Positions 9,201 to 20,600 of a stretch of 64,000 bases of DNA are shown piece after piece (the first letter of the stretch is position 1; every line of letters starts with the position of its first letter). The stretch is from a virus (lineage: Duplodnaviria; Caudoviricetes), in IMG/VR virus record IMGVR_UViG_3300009170_000006, positions 3,721 to 67,720 of that record. One strand, 5' to 3'. The translations under genes were made by a program, and so were the position numbers. Under the pieces are notes generated by a model, which made no database searches, had not been told where the DNA came from, and saw only the letters and a list, made by a program, of their open reading frames with translations.

Positions 9201-11664
9201 GCTGTTTAGTTTTTTCTGCTTTAAGCTTTTTTTGTTCAGGAACATTATCATCTAGAACAGAAAGCTCTTGTCTTAGTGCTAAGATTTCACCTTTTGTTGA
9301 TGCAGGGCTAAGTAATGTCATTAAGTTTTGAGCATCAGCTTTAGCTAAGTCATTAGAAATATTTGAGAATATATTAGCTACATCTGCTATTCTTTTACTG
9401 TGAGAAGTATAAGTAGCTTTAGCAAATGTTAAGTTATACTTGGCAGTTTCCCAAGCTTTGTAAGCAATTTCTGCAGCTTTTCTTTCAGAAGTTCCCAATA
9501 TAAATTTATTAGGAGTAAATGGATTAGGATATTTTTCGGCAACATCTTCATAGTCTTTTTTAAGTTGGTTAGCTCTTGCAACAATACCATCTATTTTACC
9601 TAGGGCACTGTCTACATCTTGTTCTTTAATACCATATTTACCAAATGCTTCAACAACTTCAGCTCTACTTAAGTTTTTATATTGAGCAACTTTGTTAATC
9701 ATAATATCTAATTTACCAGTTTGAAGGGCTACTAGTATTTTATTATCTTTAATATTTTCTATAGCATCAATAGCTTCTTTCTTTTTACCATTTCTAGCAG
9801 CTGTATACATATCATCAGCTAATCTACCTGTTGTTATAGAATTATCTATATCAGGAGCTAATGTAATTAATGCTTTATCATAAAAGTCATTTAAATATTG
9901 TACATTTTTAGCTTTAAATTCTTTGTTTAATTTTTCAGCAGCAGCATAATTTTCAGTACCCCAAGCTTTAACTAGCTTACTTATAGCAACAGAAGGTGCA
10001 GCCATTACAGGTTGAGCAAACATACCCATAGCAAAACCACCAGCAAATGTTTCAGCTCCTTGTGCAGAAAACTGTTCACCAAGACCTTGCATAAAATGAG
10101 GCATATAACCTTCATAACCTGCTCTAATAGGATCTGTATATAATTGCATTGCATGTTTAGCAGCTCCACTAGATATAGCTTCTTGTAAGTTTTCTTGAAT
10201 ACCTTCAGCAAAATTTGCTTTAAGATAGTTCATACCAAACTGACCATAAAATTTAGGTTTTGTAAAAGATTGTAATGCAGCTTTACCTTTAGATAAAAAT
10301 CCTTCACCTACAGCTGAGAATGTTTTACCATTAAACAAGTAGTCATCTACTAATTTAACAGCACCTTCTCTTCCCATAACACTTCTTAAAGGAGCAAGCA
10401 TTGTAGCATACATTAATTTATTACTAGTAGTAATTGCAGGTAAGTTCCAAAAAGCAGTTCTATAAGCTTCTTCATTAGCAATAGCTTCTATCTTTAGCAT
10501 CTCTGCTCCATCAGGATCTTTACCATTATCAGCTCTGTATTTTGCAACAAGATCTTCTGTAATATTAATCTTAACCATTCCTCCTTCAAGCTTAGCTTCA
10601 GAAACAGCTCCTTTCATCATTAGCATATCATCAGCAAAAGCTCCAAAAGTTTTGGTCATCTTAGCATAGTTACTTGCATAGTCAGTAGCTCTTAATGCAT
10701 CAACAGTTTGATCTAAAGGATTTAAAATATTAGCAGTTTCTCTTACAACACCTTTTGCTCCTTGACTCATCTTAGTCCAAAGACTTTTCATTTCAGGAAC
10801 ACTGTTTATAGCACGAAGATTTTCCATTCTTTTTGACCCAGCAAAAGCAGTTTTAGCTCCTTGAAAAACATTTTCAACAGCATTCAAACCTTTACCTACC
10901 ATCATAGAAGCACCAGTTGCTCCCATTAGTCCACCAGTAGCAGCAGTTAATCCCATTAAAGCTAATTCTTCAGCTAAAAAATCTGCACCAATACCAATAG
11001 TATATCCTGAGTTTAAAAAAGTATTTACAAAAAATCCACCAACACCACCTTTTGAAGATGAACCAATAGCCATTGCTCTTTCCATTTCTCTAGCTCCTTC
11101 TAAATCTGGAGCTAAAGGATCAGTAAATAAAGTACTCCAAGACTTGATCCCGGATCTAAAACCTGTACCTACTAAATTATCCCATTGTGATGCAGCTCTT
11201 ACAAACTCATCACCAAATGTCATCTTATCATTATATAAAGATTCATTATCTCTATAAGGAGAAAAGCCAATTTTATTATATAAGTCACCAGAAGAATGGT
11301 ATCTTTCAAAGTTAGCTCCATCAGTATCACCATTATAACTAAATGGTCTCATTGCTCCATAGATAGCACTTTCCTTTTTAGGCATAGCTGATAAAGCTTT
11401 ATCCATGCTTGTAAAAAAGTCAACAGAACTATTTGGATTTTTTGATGCAGGATTAGATCCAGTTATAGGATTACCTGCTATATTTTTATAAGCATCAATA
11501 CTATTTGGTCTAGCTGGTAAATTTAAAGATTCTTCAATTTGTCTTATTCTATCAACAGCAGAATTATTTAAAGCTTGTAAAGCAGGAGCTCCATTAGTTA
11601 ATTCACTTTCTTGAGGAGCAAGTTGTTCTTGTTCTTGTCCTTGACTAGCTAATTCTTCTGCCAT
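6205..11664 (-). CDS. Large ejected cargo protein with hydrophobic segments, an internal PD-(D/E)XK nuclease domain and a coiled coil
   Basis: 1819 aa; Gly/Ala-rich hydrophobic stretches (ALMGLTAATGGLMG, FAGGFAMGMFA); AGTVDLL...IYDMKT...QLSLY; lies just before the RNAP gene as in crAss-like phages. Confidence 0.7.
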   Translation of the reverse strand: MAEELASQGQEQEQLAPQESELTNGAPALQALNNSAVDRIRQIEESLNLPARPNSIDAYKNIAGNPITGSNPASKNPNSSVDFFTSMDKALSAMPKKESAIYGAMRPFSYNGDTDGANFERYHSSGDLYNKIGFSPYRDNESLYNDKMTFGDEFVRAASQWDNLVGTGFRSGIKSWSTLFTDPLAPDLEGAREMERAMAIGSSSKGGVGGFFVNTFLNSGYTIGIGADFLAEELALMGLTAATGGLMGATGASMMVGKGLNAVENVFQGAKTAFAGSKRMENLRAINSVPEMKSLWTKMSQGAKGVVRETANILNPLDQTVDALRATDYASNYAKMTKTFGAFADDMLMMKGAVSEAKLEGGMVKINITEDLVAKYRADNGKDPDGAEMLKIEAIANEEAYRTAFWNLPAITTSNKLMYATMLAPLRSVMGREGAVKLVDDYLFNGKTFSAVGEGFLSKGKAALQSFTKPKFYGQFGMNYLKANFAEGIQENLQEAISSGAAKHAMQLYTDPIRAGYEGYMPHFMQGLGEQFSAQGAETFAGGFAMGMFAQPVMAAPSVAISKLVKAWGTENYAAAEKLNKEFKAKNVQYLNDFYDKALITLAPDIDNSITTGRLADDMYTAARNGKKKEAIDAIENIKDNKILVALQTGKLDIMINKVAQYKNLSRAEVVEAFGKYGIKEQDVDSALGKIDGIVARANQLKKDYEDVAEKYPNPFTPNKFILGTSERKAAEIAYKAWETAKYNLTFAKATYTSHSKRIADVANIFSNISNDLAKADAQNLMTLLSPASTKGEILALRQELSVLDDNVPEQKKLKAEKTKQLETINNFYEAVKAVKEAKTPEEKEAKDEIAKKAFMEHVKFLAKKNDHIVFNDDIEKAYSVVKDHMSLRDDMKGLAESINILMAPQNFFKLHTRLNDAYSEILNNKESIIEENQKLINRLTSINGILNLVTKDSGLNIPNELIEAYANALDNDTEMPVATYFMDAQGNKVTAGPQFDIALKLFSNFTAIAAKEKEDELKNAPIQTLEEAIQEIVSNKEFIKLSEDGTQYVNSKTGKTYKRVTTYISEDEFKDPMKKDESFEDYEKRLAALGYTDRDIENKLIVASSQVIGTKVDGLVRDFFNGELKDLTSYDVASQEDIESFVEDLKKVKAVMDARGEKVLANDVVLYDDKIGVAGTVDLLTYDDQGNIRIYDMKTMRGNQFTDTYNSGENKGKTKYENAYGKGKDSNKLKHQKQLSLYRILLNNTHNLRATTLGVMPIEINYQAGETSTTELNLLPGVKLTPLDQIKDAKLLPLRKQTEQVVSTLGPTKAETPTTEKEAKTQAIEAETKRLLMQPRESLTAAEEKALRFGLPGTSTLETRKEFIEKRIELLEKKAEALSLDAIEITDTLSYLDGILNTSTEGIQNNLKNIDNQIKTLTAATKSKSSKKTAKGVKAQEKIAELKASYRAEFQLLNDITDRVKELQEELSDVQAVQQDLQKQAQYYSSLISDPTISTYTRDELIGRRNKINSKIDTIGKLLEAVKRAIADSIRYIKEHVSYLFYKENNLKTFISDNEYENFQYPAIKNKLESLQNEVLNNINSAEFLESVKTKEEERQAQLLSALLRYQDQVRYLSELIDNYKENNIGNKFTTTTMNLNTKEVVASKQKEYPVTISRKNARIQSRIKEAKLAARDVAQAELVIVPETEVVVSTLGPTKVNSQQLNENLNLKSLKIAQTNKFEVIYNNIQYKIEKVGTNSVTLKSALGAKVTINEDNLVRDLRIVQPGIEESTVEENETIKANEKLVSEEPKEFKKTKTADKEDYEKRLKTGEETFIENLC

Positions 11665-11665
11665 C

Positions 11666-14443
11666 TTATTTATTTTTACTTTGATTTATTAATCTTTGTC
11701 TTTCATCAACTAAATCATTAGTTCTTTGACCATTTGCTAATCCATTAATGTATATATTAACTGTTTCATCTACAGCTTTAATATCATCAACAATATATGG
11801 ATTACCTTTAAGATCTATAATTTTATCACCATCATGTGATATATAATAAGGTTGTATTATAGTTGATTTTGTATCAGGATCATAATTAACTTCTATTCTA
11901 CCAGAAGTCTCTGAAAAGTTATTTACTGTATAAGAACCTTTTTCTAAAAGTACTTTCTCTATAGGCTGAACTTTTAAAGCTTTAGTAATATCTGTTTTAA
12001 TAGCAGTATTATCATAGAATAATGATATACCTCTTGTAAGAATATCAGGACTTACTAACCCTGGATTTTTTTCATTTTTAGTCATATAATCTTGAATATA
12101 TGCTTGAGAAGGTCTTATTGTAAAACCACTTTGAGTTAAATCATCAGCAGCAGTTCCGTTAACAACAACACTATAAATAGGTCTTTTGGCATCTGTTTTA
12201 TCAGCCTTATTCATGTCAATAAGAAGCTGTCTAAAAAATGCATCAGCTCCTGGATCACTATCTTTACTACTTGCATAATTTTCTGCATCAAGACCTCCTA
12301 TTAAAGCTTTGTATTTACCTGGGTTAGCAAAAGCTTGACTTAATGTGTTAGATATCTGTTTATTTATATCAGGATTTTGTGAAGCATCTACTCTATTAAA
12401 AAGTAATGAATTACTACTCTTCATACCAGAACCTTCATTCTTAGTAATATCAATCATTTGGTCAAAGCCTATTTTAGGTTGTCTATTGTAATCATATAAA
12501 AACTGACTCTTAGCTTTTTGGAAAGCATTTTCAATATCACCTTTACTACCATTAGGTCTTGTTTTTAAAAATTCAGTTATAAACTTTGCATTTGGTTTAT
12601 CATCATGATCTAAAACACCATACTCATTCACTAAATATTTTGCTAATTTAAAATCAGGATCTACTGAATTAGCTACTTTTTCAGCAGTAGTTTTAATTCC
12701 TTTTTTAAAATTATTTAATTGAGCAACACCTGCAGCAGCATCTATATCTACTTGTGCTAATGCAACACTATTACTTTTTAATACCTCTTTTCCCCAACTA
12801 GTGTTTGGATTATCTTTTATATAAGTTTGTGTTTTTTTTAAAGACTGTAAAGGTTGATCTTTAATAGCAGCTTTAACTTGTTCAGCTGTTTCCATAGTTT
12901 GCCATTTACCTTTACCATAAGTTTTATCTAAATAATCAATGGCTCCAGCACCTGTTGTAGGATCAGCAAGAGCAGCTTTTTTAGCAGCTTTAAAAGTTGT
13001 ATATAAAAGATTCATAGAACCATCATTAGCTTTTTTAAATACATCAGAACTTTCAGCAGCTTGTAACATGTATACTCCTTCAGGATGATCTACTAAATTT
13101 AAAGGTACATTTGATCCAACAGCTCCTGGAAATAATTCTGTAGTTGAATTTGTTTGTTCATTAGCTGTTGTTTTATCAAGATCTTTTTTATATTTTTCTA
13201 ATTCTTTATCTATATTGCTTTGAATAACTTTTTCAAAAATATTTAAATCACTTTTATATTTTTCAAGATTTTTTTTAAGAGCTAAATCATAAGCAGCAGT
13301 TTCTTTAACTATTGTATGTTCTGCACCTTGCATAGACATTATCTTAGCCATTTTGCTTAAGTCTTCATGTTGAAATGCTGCAGAATTAGATTGATCAAAC
13401 TTGTTGATTAAAGATCTCATATCACCAGAATCCATGTTTGTTTGAATACTAGTTAATCTAGATTGTAAGTTATCTCTAGTGACAGTAGCAGCTTCTCTTC
13501 TTTGTTTAATAACTTCTAATTCTTGTTTTTCTCTACTAGTTAAAGCTCCTTTTTTACGCTCAAGTTCAATCTGTCTACCTTTTAATTGGTTGTGGTTGTT
13601 ATTTACAATAGTTAAATCTTTATTTAAAGCTTTAATACCATTGTTCATATTTTTTTCAATGAAAGCTCTTTCAGCTGCTTTCTCATCATTATTATATTGA
13701 GGCATTAAACCTCTTACTGAATCTTTTCTAAAAACATAAGCTTTAGTATCATAATTATTAGAAACTCTAGGGTCATTACTATAAATTTGATCAAACATAT
13801 TATATAAAGCATTCTCTACTAATACACCATTTTTGTCTCTTACAATATAATGACCAGATTCACTATCTTGAGTAACAGTCATACCTTGATCTTTAAGATT
13901 TTTTGCAGCATCTTTTTGCCAGTTATAGTAAGCATCATAACTACCCATGTCAAAATTTAAAGCTTCATCATCAGAAGTAGCTTTGAACTCTTCCATTTTA
14001 TATTGAAGCTTTCTCATTGATGTTTCATTATATGTACCACCACATTTATCTTGGTCATAACAATATTTAGAATTTTCACCTTTGTCTAGTTCATTCATAT
14101 GGTTTTTAGTCTTGACCATGTCACTAACTAAATACTTATCATCATAGAATCCTTTAAATACATTTTGTGCTTGATCTACATTTTGCTGTAATGACAAGTC
14201 TAATCCTGATATTCTTTTAATATCATTATCAATTACCTTAAAGAACTCATCTCTTCTTTTAATATTAGTCTCTTTACTTAATGGTCCATTCAATAGGGAG
14301 CCATATAACTCACTTATTTGTTTCTTAGAAGCATCATACTTAGTTTGTCTTGTCTGTAAAACATTGCCCAAAAAGTTATAATCTGGGCGGAATGGTTGTA
14401 TCTGAGGTATGTAGTCTGTTACTCCTTGTAAGTAGGTTGCCAT
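11666..14443 (-). CDS. Putative ejected cargo/internal virion protein
   Basis: 925 aa, helical/coiled-coil N-terminus (MATYLQGVTDYIPQIQPFRPD), located in the cargo cluster. Confidence 0.6.
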   Translation of the reverse strand: MATYLQGVTDYIPQIQPFRPDYNFLGNVLQTRQTKYDASKKQISELYGSLLNGPLSKETNIKRRDEFFKVIDNDIKRISGLDLSLQQNVDQAQNVFKGFYDDKYLVSDMVKTKNHMNELDKGENSKYCYDQDKCGGTYNETSMRKLQYKMEEFKATSDDEALNFDMGSYDAYYNWQKDAAKNLKDQGMTVTQDSESGHYIVRDKNGVLVENALYNMFDQIYSNDPRVSNNYDTKAYVFRKDSVRGLMPQYNNDEKAAERAFIEKNMNNGIKALNKDLTIVNNNHNQLKGRQIELERKKGALTSREKQELEVIKQRREAATVTRDNLQSRLTSIQTNMDSGDMRSLINKFDQSNSAAFQHEDLSKMAKIMSMQGAEHTIVKETAAYDLALKKNLEKYKSDLNIFEKVIQSNIDKELEKYKKDLDKTTANEQTNSTTELFPGAVGSNVPLNLVDHPEGVYMLQAAESSDVFKKANDGSMNLLYTTFKAAKKAALADPTTGAGAIDYLDKTYGKGKWQTMETAEQVKAAIKDQPLQSLKKTQTYIKDNPNTSWGKEVLKSNSVALAQVDIDAAAGVAQLNNFKKGIKTTAEKVANSVDPDFKLAKYLVNEYGVLDHDDKPNAKFITEFLKTRPNGSKGDIENAFQKAKSQFLYDYNRQPKIGFDQMIDITKNEGSGMKSSNSLLFNRVDASQNPDINKQISNTLSQAFANPGKYKALIGGLDAENYASSKDSDPGADAFFRQLLIDMNKADKTDAKRPIYSVVVNGTAADDLTQSGFTIRPSQAYIQDYMTKNEKNPGLVSPDILTRGISLFYDNTAIKTDITKALKVQPIEKVLLEKGSYTVNNFSETSGRIEVNYDPDTKSTIIQPYYISHDGDKIIDLKGNPYIVDDIKAVDETVNIYINGLANGQRTNDLVDERQRLINQSKNK

Positions 14444-14460
14444 AGTAAAATATTATGTTT

Positions 14461-14473
14461 TAAATATACAAAA
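14461..14473 (-). promoter_or_regulatory. Probable promoter variant
   Basis: TTTTGTATATTTA upstream of 11666..14443; the same 13-mer occurs at 31558-31570. Confidence 0.4.
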
Positions 14474-14514
14474 TTTATTTGAGGTTGTAATACACTTTTA
14501 AAGTTTATTTGCTT

Positions 14515-15813
14515 TTATCCAACACCTTGTGGATTATTATGATAACCTTCATAAGCTCCAGAATTTGAATCTGCAGCTGCTCCTTTACCTAACATAGTTT
14601 TAAATATTTCTTTTTGTATTTCTGGATTAGGAGAATATTGTTGTGCTTTTTGCCATAAAGCATCATATTGATCATATCTAGTTGCAGGATTTATTGGAGT
14701 ATTATTTGGTTTAAAATAAGCAAAACCTCCACTAGAAGGATCAACAGCATACTGAGGATACAATGTATTTAAGTTAGCAGTATTAGCTCTATTAGTAATA
14801 GCATCAATATAAGATTGTCTTATTTGTTGTCTAGCTTGTGCTTTAGAATTATCAAATTGTTGATTAGCTACTGTATATTTATCAAACAATTGAGTATCAA
14901 GATTAGCTTTATTTTGGGAAGCTTGATTTAAAATACCTGTTTGTTGTTCAGATAATTGATTAGCTAACCCAACATTTAAGTTATTATATCTTCCCATTAC
15001 ATCAGCAGCAGCTTTAGCCATTTGACCTTGAGCAACTGTATTAGCAGCAGCTTGTTGTTGAGGATTAGTAAATGCTGCAGAATTTTGCATAGCCATGTTA
15101 GCCATTTCAGTATTAGCAGCAAGTTCTCTAGTAGGATCATAGAAAGTAGCTTCTGGTAATCTTACTTGAGGAGTAGCTTGCCAAGGTAAATACTTTTTAA
15201 GTCTAGCTTTATCTCCTACAGCACCAGCTGTTTTAATAATATCTTGTAACCACCAAGGAGCATTTTGATCTTCACCATAAGCAACAGGAGTATTTTGTTC
15301 AAAAGGTTTTCTTTCAACAACAGGTTTTTCAGCAGCAGGAGGAATAACTTTATCTTCTTCTGGAACTGTAAGCTTTTCCATTATCTTATCCCATCTTTCA
15401 CCAAGAAAATTATCATCAGGTCTATCAGCATAAGGCATTCCTAAATCTGTATGTATCTGTAATACTCTATCTTTAAATTTATCATTTTTAAGCAAGTATT
15501 CTTGAAACTCTTTATTTTGACCAGCTACTGTTCTGCTTTTAGGTTTAAATCCTGTTTCTGCAGCCCATTTTTCCCACTGAGCTTTATCATATTTTGAATG
15601 ATGAAGTTTATTACTACCATAACCATAAGGTTCTATTAATAAAGGAACATCCCCTGTAGCAGCTGCAGCTTTAGCGAGTCTTGTTTCAGGTCCTGATTTA
15701 GGAGTTGTTGTAGATACTACAACAGCATTTGGATGTGTCTGTTTAAAAGCTGACACTTTATCTTCAGGTATCTTATAAGTTTTATCACCTACTTTAAATG
15801 TTATATCGGCCAT
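14515..15813 (-). CDS. Putative cargo/internal virion protein
   Basis: 432 aa, Q/N/A-rich helical C-terminal half, no Cys, located in the cargo cluster. Confidence 0.55.
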   Translation of the reverse strand: MADITFKVGDKTYKIPEDKVSAFKQTHPNAVVVSTTTPKSGPETRLAKAAAATGDVPLLIEPYGYGSNKLHHSKYDKAQWEKWAAETGFKPKSRTVAGQNKEFQEYLLKNDKFKDRVLQIHTDLGMPYADRPDDNFLGERWDKIMEKLTVPEEDKVIPPAAEKPVVERKPFEQNTPVAYGEDQNAPWWLQDIIKTAGAVGDKARLKKYLPWQATPQVRLPEATFYDPTRELAANTEMANMAMQNSAAFTNPQQQAAANTVAQGQMAKAAADVMGRYNNLNVGLANQLSEQQTGILNQASQNKANLDTQLFDKYTVANQQFDNSKAQARQQIRQSYIDAITNRANTANLNTLYPQYAVDPSSGGFAYFKPNNTPINPATRYDQYDALWQKAQQYSPNPEIQKEIFKTMLGKGAAADSNSGAYEGYHNNPQGVG

Positions 15814-15825
15814 AGTTTTTTATTT

Positions 15826-17658
15826 TTATTTTTTTACTTCATATTGATCCCAATTTTCTTCTACAGGAGCTACTGTAGCTGTAGGGGCTATTGTTGCACT
15901 AGGTGCTGCAGCAGGTTTATCTTTAATAATTTTTATATTATCTTCTTTAGATGGGTTTCTTTTAATATATCTGTTTATATTTTTATCAAGATAGAATAAT
16001 TGACCAGGATACTTAGGATGTGCATATAAATCTTGATTAGCATCTTTATCAAAACCTACACTTTGCATTAAATCAGGACTATCATCTTTTTGAGTTCTAG
16101 TTAATACTTGTTTTAAAACAGGAGCTTTTAGTGGAGCTACTGTTGGAGAATATTTTCTAGTAAAGTCTGCAGCATCTTCTAATTTTTCAGCTACTACAGG
16201 TGCATATTTTCTAATTTTTTCATTAGTCCATTTAGCAGCTTGTGTTACTTTTTCACCAACCATTTCAGGTAATATTTTTGATGTTTCTTTTACAGATGTT
16301 TTACTTGCAGTTTTCAATGCTACAGGATCTATTTTAGAAATAAGTTTAGCTGGTTGTGTTTTTAATATGGGTTTTTTAATAAGCAAATCTACAGCTTTAT
16401 TAGCTGCTGTCTTATATGTTTTTTCAGCTATAGCAAAATTTCTTTCAGTAAGTTTTCTTCCTGAAGATTTTAAAAGTTCTTCAGCCATTTGTTTATTAAG
16501 TACTAATTTACTAGCTCCTTTTTTAAAACCTTCTGTTGCAACATGCCTAGCAGCATCTTGAGCAGCTTGTCTTGCAATCTCTGAAGCTATAGTTTTAACA
16601 CCTATTCTTGAAGCTGATTTTACAACACCAGCTACTAAACCTGGACTTATTAAATCTGCAGCAAAAGTTAATGCAGGAGATGCTTGTGGATAATTTCTTA
16701 AAATAGCTTCTGATGGCATTTCATATCTAGCTTTGTCACCAAACATTCCTGTACCTGCATACATTGCAGCTCTTTGTGGAAATTCTAATACACCTAAAGA
16801 AAAATCAGCAAGATCATTTAACACACCATTTTTTGTGTATTCCATATCAGCTTTATTAATTTGTAAAGGAGTATTATAAGAAGTTGCTGCAGTAAGTGAT
16901 CCAGTTGGTGCAGGTTTATTAATTGCACCTATTTGAGCTTTCATTAAACCTCCACCATATCTAGATACACCCATATCTTCATCAGATTGTTCTTCTTGAC
17001 CTTGTGTATCTACTTGTAAAAGTTCTTCAGGATTCATACCAGAAGCCATTACATAAGGCATAGCTACTACAGGAATACCTTGAGGAAATCCTTTAGATGA
17101 TTCTTGCACTAAAGCAAGTTTAGCTAACTTCATATTGTAGTTAGATATCATTAACTCTGCTGTGCTTCTATCAACATCTTCAGAATTAGGATCAGCTAAT
17201 ACTTGTCTAAATTTATTAATATCATACTTCTTAGCAATCTCAGCTGGAGTGTATCCAGACTTCTTTGGTACCATACCAAATTGTGCAAGCATGATAGGAT
17301 CTTTAATCTTCATCTTAGCTGTGTCACTAAAGATGAAAGAGTTATCAGGAAGGTTTAATGGAGTACCACCTTCACTATGTCTTTCACCACCAATTTTAAA
17401 ATGAGCAGGAATACCATCAATGTTTACCATTGCAGTTTCACCTCTTTCAGCTTCTAAGTTTGCATCTTCTCTAGCTACAGGTTGTAAAGTATCTCTTACT
17501 TCTGTAGGTTGTTGAGATATTTTTCCAGCTTCTAAGTGGCCATTTTTTCTAAATTGGCTATTACCATTTGTACCTTTACCATACAAACCAGCACTCATTT
17601 TCATTTCAAGTCCTGATAATGCTTTTGGTACTCTTTTAGTTATTCTAACTCTTGCCAT
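15826..17658 (-). CDS. Putative cargo protein with an EAExGE/HxxGG domain
   Basis: 610 aa; ANLEAERGE...GGERHSEGG...FIFSD motif block typical of crAss-like cargo proteins; hydrophobic central segment. Confidence 0.55.
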   Translation of the reverse strand: MARVRITKRVPKALSGLEMKMSAGLYGKGTNGNSQFRKNGHLEAGKISQQPTEVRDTLQPVAREDANLEAERGETAMVNIDGIPAHFKIGGERHSEGGTPLNLPDNSFIFSDTAKMKIKDPIMLAQFGMVPKKSGYTPAEIAKKYDINKFRQVLADPNSEDVDRSTAELMISNYNMKLAKLALVQESSKGFPQGIPVVAMPYVMASGMNPEELLQVDTQGQEEQSDEDMGVSRYGGGLMKAQIGAINKPAPTGSLTAATSYNTPLQINKADMEYTKNGVLNDLADFSLGVLEFPQRAAMYAGTGMFGDKARYEMPSEAILRNYPQASPALTFAADLISPGLVAGVVKSASRIGVKTIASEIARQAAQDAARHVATEGFKKGASKLVLNKQMAEELLKSSGRKLTERNFAIAEKTYKTAANKAVDLLIKKPILKTQPAKLISKIDPVALKTASKTSVKETSKILPEMVGEKVTQAAKWTNEKIRKYAPVVAEKLEDAADFTRKYSPTVAPLKAPVLKQVLTRTQKDDSPDLMQSVGFDKDANQDLYAHPKYPGQLFYLDKNINRYIKRNPSKEDNIKIIKDKPAAAPSATIAPTATVAPVEENWDQYEVKK

Positions 17659-17667
17659 AATATTTAT

Positions 17668-20600
17668 TTAAATATATTCTACATCATATCCTTGTGCTCT
17701 TAACTCAGCAATCTCATCTTCATTTAAATCTTCTTCATAAGATTCTTCTTCAGCTGCACCACCTGTTGCATAACCACCATATCTCATTGGTTGTTGTTGA
17801 GGTTCTTGACCACCTTGTAATTGTTGCATTACAGCTTGTATGATTTGTATTACTTGTTCTTGAGGTATACCCATTTCAACTAATTGCTTAGCAACTTGTT
17901 CTGGTTGTGCACCTTGTTGTAACATAGTAGCAACACCTTGCATGATTTGTTCTTGTTGAGGTTGAGCTTGCATACCACCATTTTGGAAAGATCCACCATA
18001 AGCACTATATCCCATATAACCAGGGAATTGTACTGGTACCATTGAGTTAGGTCTAAACATTCCAGAGTTAGGATCATAATCACCTCTACTACCACCATAT
18101 TGTGCATTAGCTGGAGTAGATACAAAAGCATTATCTGCTAATCTTAGTTCTCCTAATTTTTGTTCATTCTCAGCATTTTGACCAGCCTCTAAAAAACCAG
18201 ATGCAAGATTAGTTCCTGCAATCATAGCATTAGCCATTCCTTCCCCACTAAATCCTGGTCTTCCTTTTTGAGTAATAGTAGCTGTTTTATTTACACCATC
18301 CTTTTTCATCATGGTATTTTTTTGTTGTATACCTACTGACTCAGGTGTAGAAAAAGCTGGTTGAGGAGTTCCTTGATAAGAAATATTTGAAGGAGCTGCT
18401 CCTGGTGCATTACCTATTGGAGTAAAAGAACCTTGATTAGTCATAGGATTAGAACTTAATCCCATATTACCAGTAGCTGAACTTAAGCCTATTGCATTAC
18501 CAAAATTATCATAAGTACCATCAGCAGCATTTGTACTCATATGATCTTTACCATATTGAGCTTTTGATAATCCACCATATTTTTTAGGTATTGTTTCACT
18601 ATCCTTTAAAATTTGCTTAGGTATAAAACCTTGCATTGCATCTGTTGTTGGAGTATTATCAACTCTTGGTCCAACTAATGGAAGAGCAGCTTGTTCTTCA
18701 AATGAAGGTTGAGTAGTATTATTCTTTAAATCTACTTGAATAGGATCTTGTTTATTTTCAGTAAAAGGAGCTTGATCTTTATAACCAAAAGTCATTTTAG
18801 TTTTACTCCAAGGACCAAAGTGTCTATGACTAAATTCTTTAAGATTAGTTGAAGGATTATCTGCAAGTTGTTGCATCATTCCTACATCTTTTTTAGAAAT
18901 TTTATTATAAGGACTATAGTTCATAGGAATATAATTCATTCCTCTTGTTCCTTGAGAACCAAAGTATTTATTATACTGAGCTTGATTTTCTTTAGCCTTT
19001 CTTTGTTCATCCATCCACTCCCATTCTTCTGCTGACATGTTTCTTTGACCAGTTTGAATTCCATCAGCAGCATAAGAAACAGAAGTTTTAGTATATGGAT
19101 TAGCAGTAGCTCCTAAATAATTCATAGACTGTCCAAAATTACTAAAGTCATTTTTTAAATTAGATTGTGTATCATCTATTCTTTGTTGATACATGCTCTG
19201 CATTGCTTGATTCTGTTTATTAAACTGAGGTTCTTGATTATAACCACCAGCATAACCACCCATTTGTTTAATAACATCAGAAACAACATCTTGTTCTTCA
19301 TTCATTAAAGCATTCATAGTATTAGCTTGAATACCTTTTTTAAAAGCATTAGTAATACCTTGACCATAATTATCAGAATTACCACCTTGAGTTACAGTAT
19401 CTCCACCGTAAGCTTTCTTCATCTTCTTTGAAGCAGCCTTAATAAGGTTCAACAAATTATATTTTCCTCCATCTTCAAAAGTAGGATAAGACATGTTATT
19501 GCTAGGATCAATTACTCCTCCTTCTTCTTTAAAAGGATATGTAGCATTATGGGCATAATCAGAATATAGGTCATAACCTTTTTGAATTATGTTACCTTTA
19601 TTAAAAGCTTCAGCCTCTTTTCTTGATTTTTTAGTATCAAGTGCATTTCCTACAATTACTTTATCTCCTTTAAATATGGTTTTAAGATTAGGATTTCCTG
19701 GAAAAACATGACTAGAATCAGGCCCTATTACTTTAGTTTCAGGATTCATATACTGATTTATATCACTATTTGGATCAAATGTATCAAATGCAGAAGAACC
19801 TATATCTACCCTTGATCCAACAGTTATAGGTTTTTTACCAAATCTATTTGCTAATCTTATTTGTTCTTCAGCTGCAAATTTTTCATCAGGAGTTAAATCT
19901 TTTCCTCTTGTATTAAAAAATTTATTAATATTTGGACCTTCAGGAGAATAAGGAGTTTTAGGATTAATAAATTCACCAGCTGTTTGGTATTGTTTTATAC
20001 CACCATTTTTCATAGGTACATTGAATGATCCATAGTTAGTAGGAGAAGCTGTGTTACCACCCATATCCATATACCCACCGTATTCTTTATAACTAGTATT
20101 CTTAAAATAAGGATTAGCTTTATTTTCAAATTTATTTAAATTTTGTGGTTCATTTTTTTGCATATAAGGAATACTTGCTCCACTAAGGTTTTCCTTTTTA
20201 TATATTAAGTTTTTATTATATTCTTTATTTGGGTTAAAAATAGTATTAAAAGGAACATCTTCAAAACCTTCATTTACTGTAGGATATACTTTATTTAAAG
20301 AATCTATTTTACTAACAATATCATATTTAGGATTTCTATAAAGACTATCAATTTGTGCTTTATAAGCAGTATTAGCATTCTCATCATCTTGACCTCTTGT
20401 TGAATAATGATCTATTCTACCAAAAGCTTGATCTGCAGCAGCAACTTGTTGAGGAGTAAGTGTTACTTGACTTCCTTGTTTATCACCTTGATATTTTTGT
20501 AAACCTCCACCATATGCATAAGGTCTAGTAGGTCCACCATAATAAGGTGTTCCACCTTCAGCAGCATAATAAGGATTACCCATAGGTACATTTACTGAGT

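Noticed and set aside
15814-15828. Readthrough fusing the 610-aa and 432-aa ORFs
   Set aside because: Two in-frame TAA codons separate them, and the second ORF has a normal A-rich leader.
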